Shown in pieces: positions 63,508-64,000 of a DNA stretch of 64,000 bases. Under the pieces are notes generated by a model, which had not been told where the DNA came from, did not search any database, and worked only from the letters and a program-made list of their open reading frames with translations. The position numbers were made by a program, and so were the translations under genes. Position 1 is the first letter of the stretch, and every line of letters begins with the position of its first letter. The stretch lies in the sequence record NZ_LC532224.1, one strand, 5' to 3'. Origin of the DNA: a plasmid.

Positions 63508-64000
63508 TTAAGCCCGATACAGTTCGGCGAGCTCGTCCAGCATGGGGTTACTCTTATATCCCGGTGCGGCCGTAAAAAGGTTTCGGGAAATCGCCAGCCA
63601 TTCCATGATTTTGTCCGTCGCCAGCCAACGTCTGCCAAGTCGCTCGGCTGCGATGGGAACTTTATGCAGGCCAGCGAAGGGATCTACAACAAGATCTCCC
63701 GGCTCTGTCAAAAACTCAATCAGAAACGCTGCAAGCCTGGTAGGAGACGTTGCACCATGCAGCGGAAAACCTAGCTCGCGGGCAATGGAATGGCAAAATC
63801 TCGTATCAGCGCAGCTATTGCCGTAAAACAAAGTATTTTTGGGGATCGTTCCTTCTGTTTTATTTCCAAAGGATCCGCTTTTAAGCTGGTACGCCCCATC
63901 ACCATAAAAGGTCGTGCGATTTTCACCGCCTGCTGCCTGCAATTTAAGATGCTGCTCTGAATGCGGTTGCAGTACACGTAAGTTGTTTGAACGAACCTTA
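63508..64000 (-). CDS. C-terminal half of a beta-class (N6/N4) DNA methyltransferase-like protein with a degenerate motif I. The gene continues beyond the window edge.
   Basis: …HGATSPTRLAAFLIEFLTEPGDLVVDPFAGLHKVPIAAERLGRRW… The consensus would be …HPTQKP…GDxVLDPFxGSGTT…AA..LGR…, so GSGTT is replaced by GLHKV. Confidence 0.5.
   Translation of the reverse strand, partial: KVRSNNLRVLQPHSEQHLKLQAAGGENRTTFYGDGAYQLKSGSFGNKTEGTIPKNTLFYGNSCADTRFCHSIARELGFPLHGATSPTRLAAFLIEFLTEPGDLVVDPFAGLHKVPIAAERLGRRWLATDKIMEWLAISRNLFTAAPGYKSNPMLDELAELYRA

Overview
This window reads as an Enterobacteriaceae (E. coli-type) accessory replicon segment, most likely a large conjugative plasmid or genomic island. IS186, IS1 and IS3 copies are all present.

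Two blocks are visible.

(a) A backbone-like block (about 0.3-21.9 kb, and again from about 58 kb to the window end). It carries many short, mostly minus-strand ORFs of the kind found in plasmid establishment regions:
- an orphan ParB/KorB-like protein
- a hok/sok-type type I toxin
- a klaA-klaB(telA)-klaC(telB)-like kilA operon
- an HNH endonuclease
- a family of three paralogous small proteins
- acidic small proteins
- a PAPS-reductase-like PP-loop protein
- a degenerate DNA methyltransferase fragment

An 11-bp palindrome AAAGTWACTTT recurs six times, about 100-220 bp upstream of minus-strand genes, on both sides of the accessory block. It looks like the operator of a plasmid-wide regulon.

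(b) An accessory mosaic (about 22-58 kb). It contains:
- a KAP-family P-loop NTPase split in-frame by an IS3 insertion with a 3-bp TTG target duplication
- a hipB-like orphan antitoxin
- tetR and acuI/yhdH
- an IS1 without target duplication
- a formaldehyde-detoxification island: frmR-frmA-VOC-frmB with operator-like sites, glutathione-independent fdhA, and a class-II UvrA paralogue behind a truncated frmR/rcnR-like gene
- an IS3-family element whose orfB is interrupted by a 2.26-kb group II intron (reverse transcriptase/maturase, domain V and 5' GUGYG all recognisable), with an extra solo inverted-repeat copy beside it
- an IS66 remnant
- a cluster of araC, DMT transporter, MBL hydrolase, lysR, OYE reductase and arsR
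- a truncated IS3-family copy
- a Tn554-like transposition module of three consecutive tyrosine recombinases (415, 599 and 705 aa) plus a 142-aa protein

Other IS observations: a partial IS903-like element occupies the 5' edge, and IS186 has inserted with a target duplication into the palindromic terminator just 3' of the hok gene. No rRNA, tRNA or CRISPR array was recognised by eye.
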